64,000 bases of DNA. Source: an uncultured virus (IMG/VR IMGVR_UViG_3300031951_000040). Its lineage: Duplodnaviria; Heunggongvirae; Uroviricota; Caudoviricetes. The stretch lies in IMG/VR virus record IMGVR_UViG_3300031951_000040; one strand, 5' to 3'. Position 1 is the stretch's first letter, and each line of letters begins with the position of its first letter. Shown in pieces: positions 1-9,537 of this stretch. Made by a program: the position numbers and the translations under genes. The notes under the pieces are model-generated. The model saw only the letters and a program-made list of their open reading frames with translations, ran no database searches and had not been told where the DNA came from.

Positions 1-126
1 CTAAAACCGCCAATCTAATTTCCCTCATGCGCAATTGCTCGAAGGAGAAGTTGCTAAATGCTTTAGGTGTTGCTAAAACCGCCAATCTAATTTCCAACCA
101 TGCGCTGTTGCTCGAAGGAGAAGTTG
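1..126. repeat. Imperfect ~72-bp tandem duplication, each unit carrying a minus-strand copy of the TTWGWTTGGC motif
   Basis: ctaaaaccgccaatctaatttcc...ttgctcgaaggagaagttg begins at 1 and again at 73; GCCAATCTAA at 9-18 and 81-90. Confidence 0.85.
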
Positions 127-165
127 TTGGTGTTATCAAGTTGGCAAAATAGATATAAAAAAATG

Positions 166-197
166 TTGTTTATATTGAAACTTATATTATATTTGTA
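166..197 (+). promoter_or_regulatory. Bacteroidota sigma-70-type promoter; representative of more than 25 copies in 1-23 kb
   Basis: -7 box TATATTTG at 188-195; the same TTTGG...TAnnTTTG layout lies upstream of nearly every + gene (e.g. 641-672, 1318-1349, 1625-1656, 14112-14143, 16819-16850). Confidence 0.85.
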
Positions 198-224
198 TCG
201 TTAAACCAAACAAAAGAAACAATT

Positions 225-431
225 ATGAAAAAGTTATTTCCTTACATCGCAATCATCGGGTTCATTGTTTACTCAATGTGGGTATCATTAACTTGGGATA
301 TTCCCGTAGACAATCAAATGGGTATGTTCTTATTTTCTTGTATGGGTATTGGTATGTTCTTTATCATTTTGTTTGAGGACATCAAAAATTACATCAAGAG
401 TAAAAAGAAACCACAACCTCAAAGGTTCTAA
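225..431 (+). CDS. Small two-TM membrane protein
   Basis: ORF lies between a promoter and a terminator; two hydrophobic segments. Confidence 0.75.
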   Translation: MKKLFPYIAIIGFIVYSMWVSLTWDIPVDNQMGMFLFSCMGIGMFFIILFEDIKNYIKSKKKPQPQRF

Positions 432-450
432 AAATTCCAAAATGGTAATT

Positions 451-478
451 AACCCTCAACGAAAGTTGGGGGTTTTTT
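451..478 (+). terminator. Intrinsic terminator; representative of similar hairpins at 1129, 2083, 2658, 3025, 3862, 4877, 6363, 7455, 8088, 10250, 10964, 12262, 13328, 13965, 14921, 15818, 17479, 22954, 24041
   Basis: aaccctcaac-gaaa-gttgggggtt followed by a T-tract. Confidence 0.85.
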
Positions 479-516
479 ATTTACACGAGGTTCTGTGGTG
501 GATTTGAGCAGCGTAG

Positions 517-577
517 AAAATTGTTTGGCGGGGTATTACACATTGGTATTATCGTATTACGCTCGCCAACCAAAAAT
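517..577. repeat. Inverted-pair element, GTATKACA subtype
   Basis: TTGTTTGGCG 521-530 ... CGCCAACCAA 564-573, enclosing GTATTAC(A) at 533 and 554. Confidence 0.85.
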
Positions 578-701
578 CAAAATCCGTCTTCTGTCCCTCG
601 ACATCTTGTATCGTAAGTTGGCAAAAAAAATATAAATTTATTTGGAATATCCGTTTAATCATATTATATTCGTATTGTTAAACCAAATAAAAAGAACAAG
701 T

Positions 702-1106
702 ATGAACAATTACAAAGACATTGAAGAAATCAGAGATTTTATTCAAGGAATGACACACTCCGCAAAAGTGAGTACCGAAGAAATGTTGGGAACAAACGAT
801 AGTGTACCCAATGTAAAAATGTACCTTTTGAAAAAAGTAAACGAAGAAGGGGAAACCGAGTATGGTGTTGGTGGTGGACCAGTACCAAACGACCCAATCG
901 GTAGAATGGTGTACGACCGAGTTGTTCCACAAATCATTGAAAGGGATGGACACGAAATTTTGTGTAGTGTTGAAACAACCTTTGACAAGGGCGTTTTGAA
1001 TGTTGAGTTCCACAATTTTGTAACCGATGAAAAACATCAAGAGGTTTTTGATTTTTATAAACCTTACCAAGTTTCCGACCTTATGAAAAATCTTTGTTTA
1101 AATTGA
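702..1106 (+). CDS. Hypothetical protein
   Basis: ATG at 702 follows the promoter and A-rich leader; the ORF-track start at 642 overlaps the promoter. Confidence 0.75.
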   Translation: MNNYKDIEEIRDFIQGMTHSAKVSTEEMLGTNDSVPNVKMYLLKKVNEEGETEYGVGGGPVPNDPIGRMVYDRVVPQIIERDGHEILCSVETTFDKGVLNVEFHNFVTDEKHQEVFDFYKPYQVSDLMKNLCLN

Positions 1107-1216
1107 ATTTAGTTTGTTGGTTCAGACTAACCCTCATCAGTAATGGTGGGGGTTTTTTATTTGTTTCCCTTATTGATAAGGTGAACATTTCAGGACTTGA
1201 GTCAGGGCCCTGAAGG

Positions 1217-1279
1217 AAAATTGTTTGGCGCCGTATGACAAATAGTGAGTATCGTATTACACCTACGCCAACCAATTTT
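1217..1279. repeat. Inverted-pair element, GTATKACA subtype
   Basis: TTGTTTGGCG 1221-1230 ... CGCCAACCAA 1266-1275; GTATGACA at 1233, GTATTACA at 1254. Confidence 0.85.
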
Positions 1280-1374
1280 TGGATACGGACGACGGTTCTG
1301 AGAAAAATAAAAATAAATTTGGTATATAAGAAAAATAGTTTTATATTTGTATAGTTAAACCAATAGACAAAATC

Positions 1375-1590
1375 ATGAAAGTTATCTCATCTCGTATTAC
1401 GGAACAACCAAAGAGTTTGTTCGACCCGATGCCCCAAGTGTGGGTTACAATGGAAAATGGACAAGAAGAATTTTTGTTCGACTACTATCCCGATGAAATC
1501 AGTTTCACTCCCAACGAATTTGTGGGATTGACTATTGAGGAATGTAGACACCTCAAATTTGTCAAAGACAAGAAATACCTGACCTCCTGA
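1375..1590 (+). CDS. Hypothetical protein
   Basis: ORF directly after a promoter. Confidence 0.75.
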   Translation: MKVISSRITEQPKSLFDPMPQVWVTMENGQEEFLFDYYPDEISFTPNEFVGLTIEECRHLKFVKDKKYLTS

Positions 1591-1685
1591 CGGGAGATGT
1601 TGGAATTTGATTGGCAAAAAAAGATTTGGAATATAAAAGAAATAGTATTATATTTGTATCGTTAAACCAATAAAACAAAAAAGAA

Positions 1686-2060
1686 ATGTCAAGAGGAATT
1701 TTAATCGACGTAGAAAACAAAACAATTTCCGAAGTTGAAGTTGTTCGTGATGAAACTGGTAGTCAGTTACCAAGTATCTATGGACACTTAAAGTGTTCTA
1801 TTTTTGAGATTGTTAGTTACAACAACGAAAACGATGTGTATGTTGATGAAGAAGGTATAATGAGTGTTGATGAAAACACAAAGTTTTTCAAGTTGAAAAA
1901 TTACCGACAACCTCTATCGGGTAATGGGTTGATAATGGGTTACGATGATGAAACGGGTGAAAATGGTGATACCAAACTTTCACTTGAAGAAGTCAAAGAA
2001 CAAGTAACATTTATGTCCGCGTTTGACGTGGCGTTAAAAGAAAGGTTTGGTTCATATTAG
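1686..2060 (+). CDS. DUF3846-like protein
   Basis: VYVDEEG and PLSGNGLIMG motifs. Confidence 0.6.
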   Translation: MSRGILIDVENKTISEVEVVRDETGSQLPSIYGHLKCSIFEIVSYNNENDVYVDEEGIMSVDENTKFFKLKNYRQPLSGNGLIMGYDDETGENGDTKLSLEEVKEQVTFMSAFDVALKERFGSY

Positions 2061-2151
2061 GTTTGGTTTAGTTAGGTGGAAAGTCCTCGGCGAAAGTCGG
2101 GGATTTTTTTTGCTCGGATGTGTGCAGTGGAGCTGCACAGTTGCAGCTCGG

Positions 2152-2213
2152 AATTTTGGTTGGCGTTGTATGACACTATCATACATTGTATTACACCTAC
2201 GCCAAACAATTTT
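2152..2213. repeat. Inverted-pair element, GTATKACA subtype
   Basis: TTGGTTGGCG 2156-2165 ... CGCCAAACAA 2200-2209; GTATGACA at 2168, GTATTACA at 2188. Confidence 0.85.
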
Positions 2214-2349
2214 TCGGATTTGACGACAGGTGGTCATCTGTTTCGTGGTAGTTTGGCAAAATAGATAAAAAAAAATATACTCAAATGTTGTGTATATTAA
2301 AATTTGATTTATATTTGTATTGTTAAACCAATAAAACAAAAAAAACAAA

Positions 2350-2652
2350 ATGGAAAAGTACATTGATTTCTCTATCGACTACGATGGTAATTGTGAATGT
2401 GTTGATGATTTCCTCGTTAATAACGAAGAAGTAACTATTGACGATTCGGATGTTCAACCTCTAATTGAGAAGTTGGAACAACTTGAAGGGTTTTTTATTT
2501 CCGACCACCGAACCCAAGTCCGTATTTGGTGGAACGAAGATGGAACTATGGATGTCCGTTTTCGTTATTTCAATGAACCCGATTGGGGGGAATTTGATGA
2601 TTACGAACTATTGGGTATCCCACAAATTGAGTTTGAACCCGAAGTTTTTTAA
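2350..2652 (+). CDS. Acidic hypothetical protein
   Basis: ORF between a promoter and a terminator. Confidence 0.75.
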   Translation: MEKYIDFSIDYDGNCECVDDFLVNNEEVTIDDSDVQPLIEKLEQLEGFFISDHRTQVRIWWNEDGTMDVRFRYFNEPDWGEFDDYELLGIPQIEFEPEVF

Positions 2653-2805
2653 CAACGAACCCTCACCGAAAGGTGGGGGTTTTTTTATGACCTGAAGAAC
2701 TTGAGTCACGGTTCAGGGTGAAAATTGGTTGGCAAGAAAGATATAAAAAAATTTGGATTATACGAAAAAATGTTTTATCTTTGTGTTTCACCAAAACTAA
2801 TTAAA

Positions 2806-3018
2806 ATGACAAGACAAGAAGTTGTTGGTTTAATTTACCAACATATTCAAACCGAAAACGAAATGGGTTTACCACCGAATAGAAGTTGGGAAGGAATTTT
2901 TGAAGGTGATAATGATTGGGTAGATGAATGTATTAAGAGTGGATATACACTATTTCAATTACAGAATGAATTGTTCAACGAAGCGATTCAAATTTTTCGG
3001 GATAGTGAAGAAGAGTAA
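2806..3018 (+). CDS. Hypothetical protein
   Basis: ATG at 2806 after the promoter; terminator at 3025. Confidence 0.7.
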   Translation: MTRQEVVGLIYQHIQTENEMGLPPNRSWEGIFEGDNDWVDECIKSGYTLFQLQNELFNEAIQIFRDSEEE

Positions 3019-3085
3019 AGACAAGACCTCAACGAAAGTTGGGGTTTTTTTATGACCTGAAGTCCTGAGTCACGGTTCAGGGTGA

Positions 3086-3158
3086 AAATTGTTTGGCATC
3101 CACTTTACAGATTAGTAGGTTTTTACTTTACAGATTGTAAGAACGCCAACCAAAATTT
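3086..3158. repeat. Inverted-pair element with an ACTTTACAGATT direct-repeat core
   Basis: TTGTTTGGC ending 3097 ... GCCAACCAA from 3145; 12-mer repeated at 3102 and 3125. Confidence 0.8.
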
Positions 3159-3288
3159 TCCCGACGCAGCGGTTCTGAGATGTTACCGAATGGTAAGTTA
3201 CTATTTGGTTAGTTGGCAAGAAAAATAAAAATAAATTTGGTAGAATAAAAAACTCGTTATATCTTTGTATCATAAAATCGACAAAATA

Positions 3289-3837
3289 ATGAAAACACTT
3301 GTAATTCATCCAAAAGACAAATCGACACAATTTTTAGATATTGTGTACGAACCTATACCGAATAAGACAATTATCACGGGTGGGGTAACAAAAGAAGAAG
3401 TTAGAAAACTTATCGACGCCCACGACAGAGTAATAATGTGTGGACACGGAGCACCTATGGGATTGTTCTCGGTTGGACAATTTCCTGGTTCAAATGGTTT
3501 CATCATTGATGAAAGTATGGTGTACCTATTAAAAGAAAAAGACAATTCAATTTTTATTTGGTGTAACGCGGACAAATTCGTTAATCACTTTAAGTTGAAA
3601 GGTTTTTATTCGGGAATGTTTATTTCCGAAGTAGGGGAAGCGTACTATTGTGGTTTACCTGGTACCGAACAAGAAGTAGTTGATGAAAGTAACTATGGTT
3701 TTTGTGAACTTTTATCGGAGTGTATTAACGAACCACAAGATAGAATGTACGAAATCATTAAAAAGGAATATGGTAAGATTGCGGAAGAAAACCCAGTCGC
3801 ACTATACAACCACAACCGCCTGTACTTGTCGATTTAA
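3289..3837 (+). CDS. Hypothetical phage protein with a CGHG motif, alpha/beta pattern
   Basis: ATG at 3289 after the promoter; 182 aa. Confidence 0.75.
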   Translation: MKTLVIHPKDKSTQFLDIVYEPIPNKTIITGGVTKEEVRKLIDAHDRVIMCGHGAPMGLFSVGQFPGSNGFIIDESMVYLLKEKDNSIFIWCNADKFVNHFKLKGFYSGMFISEVGEAYYCGLPGTEQEVVDESNYGFCELLSECINEPQDRMYEIIKKEYGKIAEENPVALYNHNRLYLSI

Positions 3838-3930
3838 TTGGTTTAACTCGGTTGCGGTGGAAAAGGGTAGCAGAAATGTTACCCTTTTTTGTTGCGTTTT
3901 AGTTTCACCTCACAGCACGTGCTGTATCCT

Positions 3931-4030
3931 AAATTTGGTTGGCACTGTATGACACTCAATAAAGGCGTATTACACTATATGTTTTGTTTAATCTTTCGGT
4001 CAAAACATTAAACAACACGCCAAACAATTT
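3931..4030. repeat. Inverted-pair element with an internal insertion
   Basis: TTGGTTGGC ending 3943; GTATGACA 3947, GTATTACA 3967; extra atgttttg...caaaacat hairpin; GCCAAACAA from 4019. Confidence 0.8.
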
Positions 4031-4113
4031 GTGGGATGGAGACGACAGGTATGAAAAAAAATTTGGATTATACTGAATATAGTTTTATATTTGTATCGTA
4101 ATACATAATTACT

Positions 4114-4275
4114 ATGAGTAAGAAATCAATCCCAACGGAAATCAAAGTCGGTGTTTACTATTACATTGATGATGAAACTAAACAACCAATCTTTGATACC
4201 GATGAAATGAGAAATGAGTTTGAACAAAAACTTAAAGAAATAGAAGATGAAACCGAATTTAACTATGAAGAATGA
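4114..4275 (+). CDS. Small acidic protein (53 aa, not in ORF track)
   Basis: MSKKSIPTEIKVGVYYYIDDETKQPIFD...; follows a promoter with -7 box at ~4086-4093. Confidence 0.65.
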   Translation: MSKKSIPTEIKVGVYYYIDDETKQPIFDTDEMRNEFEQKLKEIEDETEFNYEE

Positions 4276-4405
4276 AACCCTTAATGGATTAAGTGTGAGA
4301 CACGTCGCACAAATAGTCCGTAGGAAAATGTTACAGAAGTCGAAACCTTCGGCGAAGGCGTACAGACGAATAAAGTTTGGCAAAAAAGATTTGGTAAACG
4401 AATAA
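4265..4405 (+). CDS. Small basic protein (46 aa, not in ORF track)
   Basis: MKNETLNGLSVRHVAQIVRRKMLQKSKPSAKAYRR...; overlaps the upstream stop. Confidence 0.5.
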   Translation: MKNETLNGLSVRHVAQIVRRKMLQKSKPSAKAYRRIKFGKKDLVNE

Positions 4406-4446
4406 AATTGTTATATATTTGTATAAACCAATAAATAATAACGACT

Positions 4447-4854
4447 ATGTATCAAGATTTTGACAACCCACGGAGTTGGGACAACCTCGGAAAAATGGTG
4501 TGTTTTCACGGACGTTACGACCTTGGAGACAAACACGACTACAACCACAATAACTACAATGGTTGGGAAGAAATGAAAAACGCAATCATCAAAGAAGAAG
4601 ATGTTTGTGTTATCTTACCTCTTTACTTGTACGACCACTCGGGAATTACAATGAACACAAGTCCGTTCAGTTGTCGTTGGGATAGTGGACAAGTTGGTTG
4701 GTACTTTGTTTCAAAGAAGAAAGTCCGTGAAGAATATGGAGTAAAGAAAATTACCCAAAGTCTTATTGACAAAGTAACCGAAGTGTTGGAGGGTGAAGTA
4801 AAAACTTACGACATGTACCTCACGGGTGAATTGTACGCAGAAGAATACGAATAG
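4447..4854 (+). CDS. Conserved phage/mobile-element hypothetical protein
   Basis: LPLYLYDHSGITM and WDSGQVG motifs. Confidence 0.75.
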   Translation: MYQDFDNPRSWDNLGKMVCFHGRYDLGDKHDYNHNNYNGWEEMKNAIIKEEDVCVILPLYLYDHSGITMNTSPFSCRWDSGQVGWYFVSKKKVREEYGVKKITQSLIDKVTEVLEGEVKTYDMYLTGELYAEEYE

Positions 4855-4940
4855 ATTTTGTTTGGTTAGGTGAAAAGTCCTCGGCGAAAGTCGGGGATTT
4901 TTTTTTATACCAGAATTCGCCCAGCCCACGCCTGGTGGGG

Positions 4941-5000
4941 ATTTTGTTTGGCGGATAACCTATTATATTTAAGTGTTTTATGTGGTCAGCCAACCAAAAT
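4941..5000. repeat. Inverted-pair element
   Basis: ATTTTGTTTGGC ending 4952 ... GCCAACCAAAAT from 4989. Confidence 0.8.
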
Positions 5001-5089
5001 TTTTACGACGCCGGGTGAAACAGTAGATGGTGTTATTGGATATTTTAAAATAAATTTGGATATCATAAAATGAATTGTATATTTGTATT

Positions 5090-5395
5090 ATGAAAAACTA
5101 TAACGACATATCATTGAATACCGATGAGGAAGTAATGAACTACCTAAAAAAATCGGAAAAAGAAGGTAAAGTGTGTGACATCATTGAAACTGAAAATTAT
5201 ATTTCGGTTGATGTTGAATGGGCATACAACTTTGAAGGTCACAAAGTGGAGAGGAGAAAATTTATCTATCTTCTTACTCGTTCTAACTTTCAATTTAACA
5301 AAACAATATCGCGTTATGTTAGAGAAAAAGACGAAATAAGATTCAGAAGAATTGAAAAAGAGTTCAAACGAATATTCAGATTGACATCAATTTGA
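5090..5395 (+). CDS. Hypothetical protein (near-leaderless start)
   Basis: ATG a few nt after the TATATTTG box. Confidence 0.65.
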   Translation: MKNYNDISLNTDEEVMNYLKKSEKEGKVCDIIETENYISVDVEWAYNFEGHKVERRKFIYLLTRSNFQFNKTISRYVREKDEIRFRRIEKEFKRIFRLTSI

Positions 5396-5470
5396 TTGGC
5401 AAAATATCCTAAAAAAAATTTGGATATCATAAAATAAGTTGTATATTTGTATTAATAAACTAATACAGAT

Positions 5471-5716
5471 ATGAAAATAAACGAAAAATTAATCGGAAAA
5501 AGAATTCGTCTCGTTTCAATGGAGAACGACCCTAACCCCGTTGAGGAAGGTTCAATGGGAACAATTTATCATGTTGGTCATGGTGTTATCAATGTCCGTT
5601 GGGATAGTGGTAGGACTCTTGGTGTAGTTGAGGGTGAAGATGAATATGAAATCATTGACACTCCCGACACTTATTTACCACCCAACAATTTTCTTGTCTT
5701 TTCGGGAAATATCTGA
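5471..5716 (+). CDS. DUF4314 domain protein
   Basis: RIRLVSMENDP...GTI...INVRWDSGRTLGVVEGED pattern. Confidence 0.75.
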   Translation: MKINEKLIGKRIRLVSMENDPNPVEEGSMGTIYHVGHGVINVRWDSGRTLGVVEGEDEYEIIDTPDTYLPPNNFLVFSGNI

Positions 5717-5809
5717 GGAGATGGTGAACCGCCGATTTTGATTGGCACAATCGTTTGTATATTCCAAAAATTCATTTGTATATTTGTCCAATAATTAAAA
5801 AAACAAAAA

Positions 5810-6169
5810 ATGTTAATTAAACTCACTTATCAAGGTAAAGGAACCCCAACACTTGTCAATCTACAAAATGTCAAAAACATTTTTAGTATCTTGGATAAAA
5901 GAAACGACAAGATAGCAACGAAGATTGAATACATAGATGGTACATATGTCAATGTTGAAGAAGACATTAAAACCATTTATGAAATTCAGTGGAAGATGAT
6001 GAATGGAAGTTGTGATATGGACTTTGAAGTTCCATCGGTTGATGAAATGATTAATAACTCATACTACGAAAATGGTGGTAATGGAGACCGCCATTGGAAT
6101 GGTCAACGAACCAACCAACCTCGTAAAAGAGTTTACCGAGACAACTACGATAATCAAAACAATTATTGA
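5810..6169 (+). CDS. Hypothetical protein
   Basis: ORF after a promoter; N/R-rich C-terminal tail. Confidence 0.7.
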   Translation: MLIKLTYQGKGTPTLVNLQNVKNIFSILDKRNDKIATKIEYIDGTYVNVEEDIKTIYEIQWKMMNGSCDMDFEVPSVDEMINNSYYENGGNGDRHWNGQRTNQPRKRVYRDNYDNQNNY

Positions 6170-6170
6170 T

Positions 6171-6311
6171 ATGTTAAAGGAAATGTTTTCAACTTTCAAA
6201 GAAGTTTACCAAGAAGACCGAAAGGAATTTTGGGATGGAATTTTGGGTGGCATTGTAATACTTATGTTTTTCCTATTGACAATGTTTGTTTTAATTCCTA
6301 TATTTGGTTAA
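6171..6311 (+). CDS. Small membrane protein
   Basis: ATG 1 nt after the upstream stop; C-terminal TM segment. Confidence 0.6.
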   Translation: MLKEMFSTFKEVYQEDRKEFWDGILGGIVILMFFLLTMFVLIPIFG

Positions 6312-6430
6312 AGTGTAATACACTTGATTTGTCGTTCATAGATTAGTTTTATTTGGTTAAGGAACCCTCACAGAAATGTGGGGGTTTTTTGTTTGCTAAA
6401 AAAATTCGTCGCCGGCAAATCCCGTGTTCA

Positions 6431-6469
6431 ATTTAGTTTGGCGGGTGTATGACAGATGCCAACCAATTT
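6431..6469. repeat. Short inverted-pair element with a single GTATGACA
   Basis: ATTTAGTTTGGC-gggtGTATGACAgat-GCCAACCAAT. Confidence 0.8.
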
Positions 6470-6573
6470 CTGAGATGGTACGGTGAATTCTGGGGTCAGA
6501 AAAAAAAAATAAAGATTTATTTGGATTATAATGAAAAGTGTATTACATTTGTATCAAATTAAAAAACATCCAT

Positions 6574-7428
6574 ATGTCACAAGAAAATCGCACACAGCAA
6601 GTTCTCAACAAAGTCGGCCTAAATTGGACCGTAAGAGAAGAAAGTATCACTACAGAAAGTGGTATCATTGTTCCTAAGAGTAAAGCAATCATCCGTGAGG
6701 ACACAAACACTGTTTTGTCTGTACATGGTGATGGTTACTTTCCTTATCAAAATCATCAGATGGTTGATTTACTAGACAAGGTATCTCAACAGGTTGGTTT
6801 ACCAATTCACAAAGGTGGTTACTTTGGTGGGGGTGAGAAAGTATACCTTCAATTGAAATCAAATGATTTGAAATTGGGCAATGACAGAGTTGAGGGTTTC
6901 ATCACTGGTGTGAATTCCTTCGATGGGTCAACTAGTTTGGCATTCGGTCCAAGTAATATTACAATCAGTTGTCAGAATTCATTCTTCGCAGCGTTCCGTA
7001 ACTTGAATGCGAAAATTCGTCACACCAAAAACATGGAGATGAGAATCGATGATATCTGTCGTGGTTTGGAGGGGGTACTCGTGGAAGAAAAAGAAATGTT
7101 CGAAGACATTAAGAAACTTTCTGAAACGAAGATGACCAAGAAACAAGAGGATTGGGTTACACGTACATTGTTCAATATCATGAAAGATGTTGATTTGAAT
7201 AGTGACAAAGATGTGTCGACCGTGACTCGTAATCGTCTTTCTCGTTTCTACGTAGACCTTAATGGTGAAGTAAAAGAGAAAGGTGATAACCTTTGGGGAT
7301 TGTTCAGTGGGGTTACTAAGTACACCACACATTCCTTAAGTAAAGGTGATAACTCTGAAAACAAGATGTTTGGAACCTATGGACAAAGGGAACGTCAAAT
7401 TTTCAAAGAATTGGTTGAGTTGGTTTAA
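6574..7428 (+). CDS. DUF932-family phage/plasmid protein
   Basis: GLNWTV, Y.PYQN, NSFDGSTS, ISCQN, IRHT, NLWGLFSGVTKYTTH motifs. Confidence 0.8.
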   Translation: MSQENRTQQVLNKVGLNWTVREESITTESGIIVPKSKAIIREDTNTVLSVHGDGYFPYQNHQMVDLLDKVSQQVGLPIHKGGYFGGGEKVYLQLKSNDLKLGNDRVEGFITGVNSFDGSTSLAFGPSNITISCQNSFFAAFRNLNAKIRHTKNMEMRIDDICRGLEGVLVEEKEMFEDIKKLSETKMTKKQEDWVTRTLFNIMKDVDLNSDKDVSTVTRNRLSRFYVDLNGEVKEKGDNLWGLFSGVTKYTTHSLSKGDNSENKMFGTYGQRERQIFKELVELV

Positions 7429-7519
7429 GATTGGTTAGGTACTCAATTAATAAGAACCCCACAGAAATGTGGGGTTTTTTATTGCTCCAAAGTTGATGGT
7501 GAGCTACGCGCAAACAGTG

Positions 7520-7583
7520 AAAATTGTTTGGCAAACTCTAAACCCAATAAAATCAATACTTTGGGTTCGAGCCAACCAAAATC
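7520..7583. repeat. Inverted-pair element, IHF-like core subtype
   Basis: TTGTTTGGC ending 7532 ... GCCAACCAA at 7571; AATCAATACTTTG 7551-7563 fits WATCAANNNNTTR. Confidence 0.8.
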
Positions 7584-7609
7584 GAGGGCTGCGCGCAACC
7601 AGGAGATGT

Positions 7610-7741
7610 TCATGTATCTTCCCAGAATCTAAATGGTTTCTCTTGATAATCTTCTTTTAGTTGTCTTCTTAACTCATAACAAAACAATATAATGACTAAT
7701 ACGAACTCAACTCCTAATGTATAAAGTATCCCTTCTATCAT
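7610..7741 (-). CDS. Small single-TM protein, antisense to the early region (43 aa, not in ORF track)
   Basis: MIEGILYTLGVEFVLVIILFCYELRRQLKEDYQEKPFRFWEDT; GATACTTAT just upstream. Confidence 0.5.
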   Translation of the reverse strand: MIEGILYTLGVEFVLVIILFCYELRRQLKEDYQEKPFRFWEDT

Positions 7742-7863
7742 AATAATAAGTATCCAAGATGGTGATGATGCAGCACAGGATAACTTTTGTTTGGCAAGAA
7801 ATATAAAAATAAATTTGGATTATACAAAATATAGATTTATATTTGTGTTCTAAATTAATTTAT

Positions 7864-8085
7864 ATGGTTTTAGAAAAACTAACTATCGGTAATGTCTACT
7901 ATGTAAAACACATAGGGAATGTTAAGTATTTGGGTAAGTGGAAAATGGATTACTATGTAGAGGGTGAAAAAGGTATTAAAGGAATGAATACCTTTAAGTT
8001 GTTGTCGTTCAGAGGTAATCAACTTCTTTCATTAACCAAAAAAGAAATTGTGAATGACCTATTAGATATTGTACGAAACGAATGA
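7864..8085 (+). CDS. Hypothetical protein
   Basis: ATG after a promoter; terminator at 8088. Confidence 0.65.
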   Translation: MVLEKLTIGNVYYVKHIGNVKYLGKWKMDYYVEGEKGIKGMNTFKLLSFRGNQLLSLTKKEIVNDLLDIVRNE

Positions 8086-8188
8086 CGAAATCACCTTCAC
8101 GGGTGATTTTTGTTTGGCGAAAAAAATAAAAAAAAAATTCACTTATACAAAAAATAGATTTATATTTGTACCATAAAACAATCTAAAA

Positions 8189-8467
8189 ATGAAAAACAAG
8201 AAAGTAACTCCGAAGAAAAAACACACACTCTTAAAGGGTGAGGGTGTTAACCAGCACACTCTGTATGGTGATTTCATTGTTGATGAAACACAAACAGATT
8301 TCGCAGAAGTTGAAGTTAGAAAGGATAGTGTATTAAGACACGAACAACCCGATGGAAGTTTCTCAAACGAACACAAACCACTCAAAGTTGAGCAAGGTGA
8401 TTGGGTTATGGGAAAACAAGTTGAGTACAATCCGTTTGAAGGTACTATCACTCAAATTTGGGATTAA
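8189..8467 (+). CDS. Small His-containing beta protein, first gene of a 4-gene module
   Basis: LLKGEGVNQH...LRHEQ...EHKPL...GDWVMGKQVEYNP. Confidence 0.7.
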   Translation: MKNKKVTPKKKHTLLKGEGVNQHTLYGDFIVDETQTDFAEVEVRKDSVLRHEQPDGSFSNEHKPLKVEQGDWVMGKQVEYNPFEGTITQIWD

Positions 8468-8469
8468 CT

Positions 8470-8874
8470 ATGGCGAACCCACTAATTCACTCAAAGAGCA
8501 GCGTCAAGCGTTGGGGTGGTAAGGTAGAAGATTATTTACCTATCCACGAACTTATTGATAGTCCGAAAGCGACAATGAACAATAATAGTTCTCGGTTACT
8601 CACCCACAACACTTGGTTCGCATACACTATCATTCCAAAAATCTTCGGTTACAACATTACTAATAGTGATGGTAAGTCAGTTGATGTTGTTGATATTGCG
8701 ATGTTACATATCGCAGAAGATTTTAGAATGAAGTTCGTTCCAACCCCACAAGATTACCTTAAACATTTAGAGGTTCAACCCTGGATGTGTAATGGGGTAA
8801 AAGATTTAGACAACCCCGAAGCGTACGAAGTAGTTAAACAATTAAACCAAAAAATCCACGAATATGCAAACTAA
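8470..8874 (+). CDS. DUF6915-like protein
   Basis: MANPLIHSKSSVKRWGG..EDYLPIH...D..K and HIAED motifs. Confidence 0.65.
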   Translation: MANPLIHSKSSVKRWGGKVEDYLPIHELIDSPKATMNNNSSRLLTHNTWFAYTIIPKIFGYNITNSDGKSVDVVDIAMLHIAEDFRMKFVPTPQDYLKHLEVQPWMCNGVKDLDNPEAYEVVKQLNQKIHEYAN

Positions 8875-9517
8875 TGAAGCAATCGCACTCTGGAAAGAGT
8901 TAGGTATTACAAGCGCAACTATGGAATTTAGTTGTGGTGGTGATAGTATGAATGATTATCACTTTAATTTTTACAATTCAGAAAACAAAGATGTTGAGAG
9001 TGGTGAACTTGATAGTTTCTTTGATGATGATGTTTTCCGTAGAGTAGAATTTTATGTGAACTCTGACGGACACTACATTGGTGAATTTGGAAGTGTTGAG
9101 ATTACACTTGATGAAGATGATGAGGAAAACCCCACTTTCTCGTATTACAAATCTGCACAGGCGGAATGGTCAGAGAGTTTTACAGAAGAAGTTGTTGTTG
9201 AACTCACAGAAAAAGAGGTTGAGTTTATTAGAACCAAAGTCCTTAATTTGGTTGGCAGTCAAGACGGAAGTTCAATTAACTACAAAGGTGATTGTATTCT
9301 CAATGATGAGGAAGAACAGATTTCTGATACATTATTGGAAAAGATTACTGATGTTGTTGAGAACCACGAATTTGAAAACGCAGACGGCGAACAAGAGGAT
9401 TGGTTTCAATTCAACACAGAAGAAGTGGATAGTGATGTATTACCTAAAATTGTAGATAACACATTATTCGTTTCACTAACAAGACAATTTTTGGTATTGA
9501 CTGAAAGTGATATGTAA
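8864..9517 (+). CDS. Acidic protein, DUF6878-like N-terminus
   Basis: FSCGGDS motif; overlaps the upstream gene. Confidence 0.55.
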   Translation: MQTNEAIALWKELGITSATMEFSCGGDSMNDYHFNFYNSENKDVESGELDSFFDDDVFRRVEFYVNSDGHYIGEFGSVEITLDEDDEENPTFSYYKSAQAEWSESFTEEVVVELTEKEVEFIRTKVLNLVGSQDGSSINYKGDCILNDEEEQISDTLLEKITDVVENHEFENADGEQEDWFQFNTEEVDSDVLPKIVDNTLFVSLTRQFLVLTESDM

Positions 9518-9537
9518 ACAATTAAAAAGTAAAAGAA

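Noticed and set aside
2052..2363. Similar antisense ORFs (KKNPRLSPRTFHLTK) at 2052-2363 and 4711-4929, and + ORFs at 2076 and 4870
   Set aside because: They are translations of a duplicated terminator/intergenic block, not protein paralogs.
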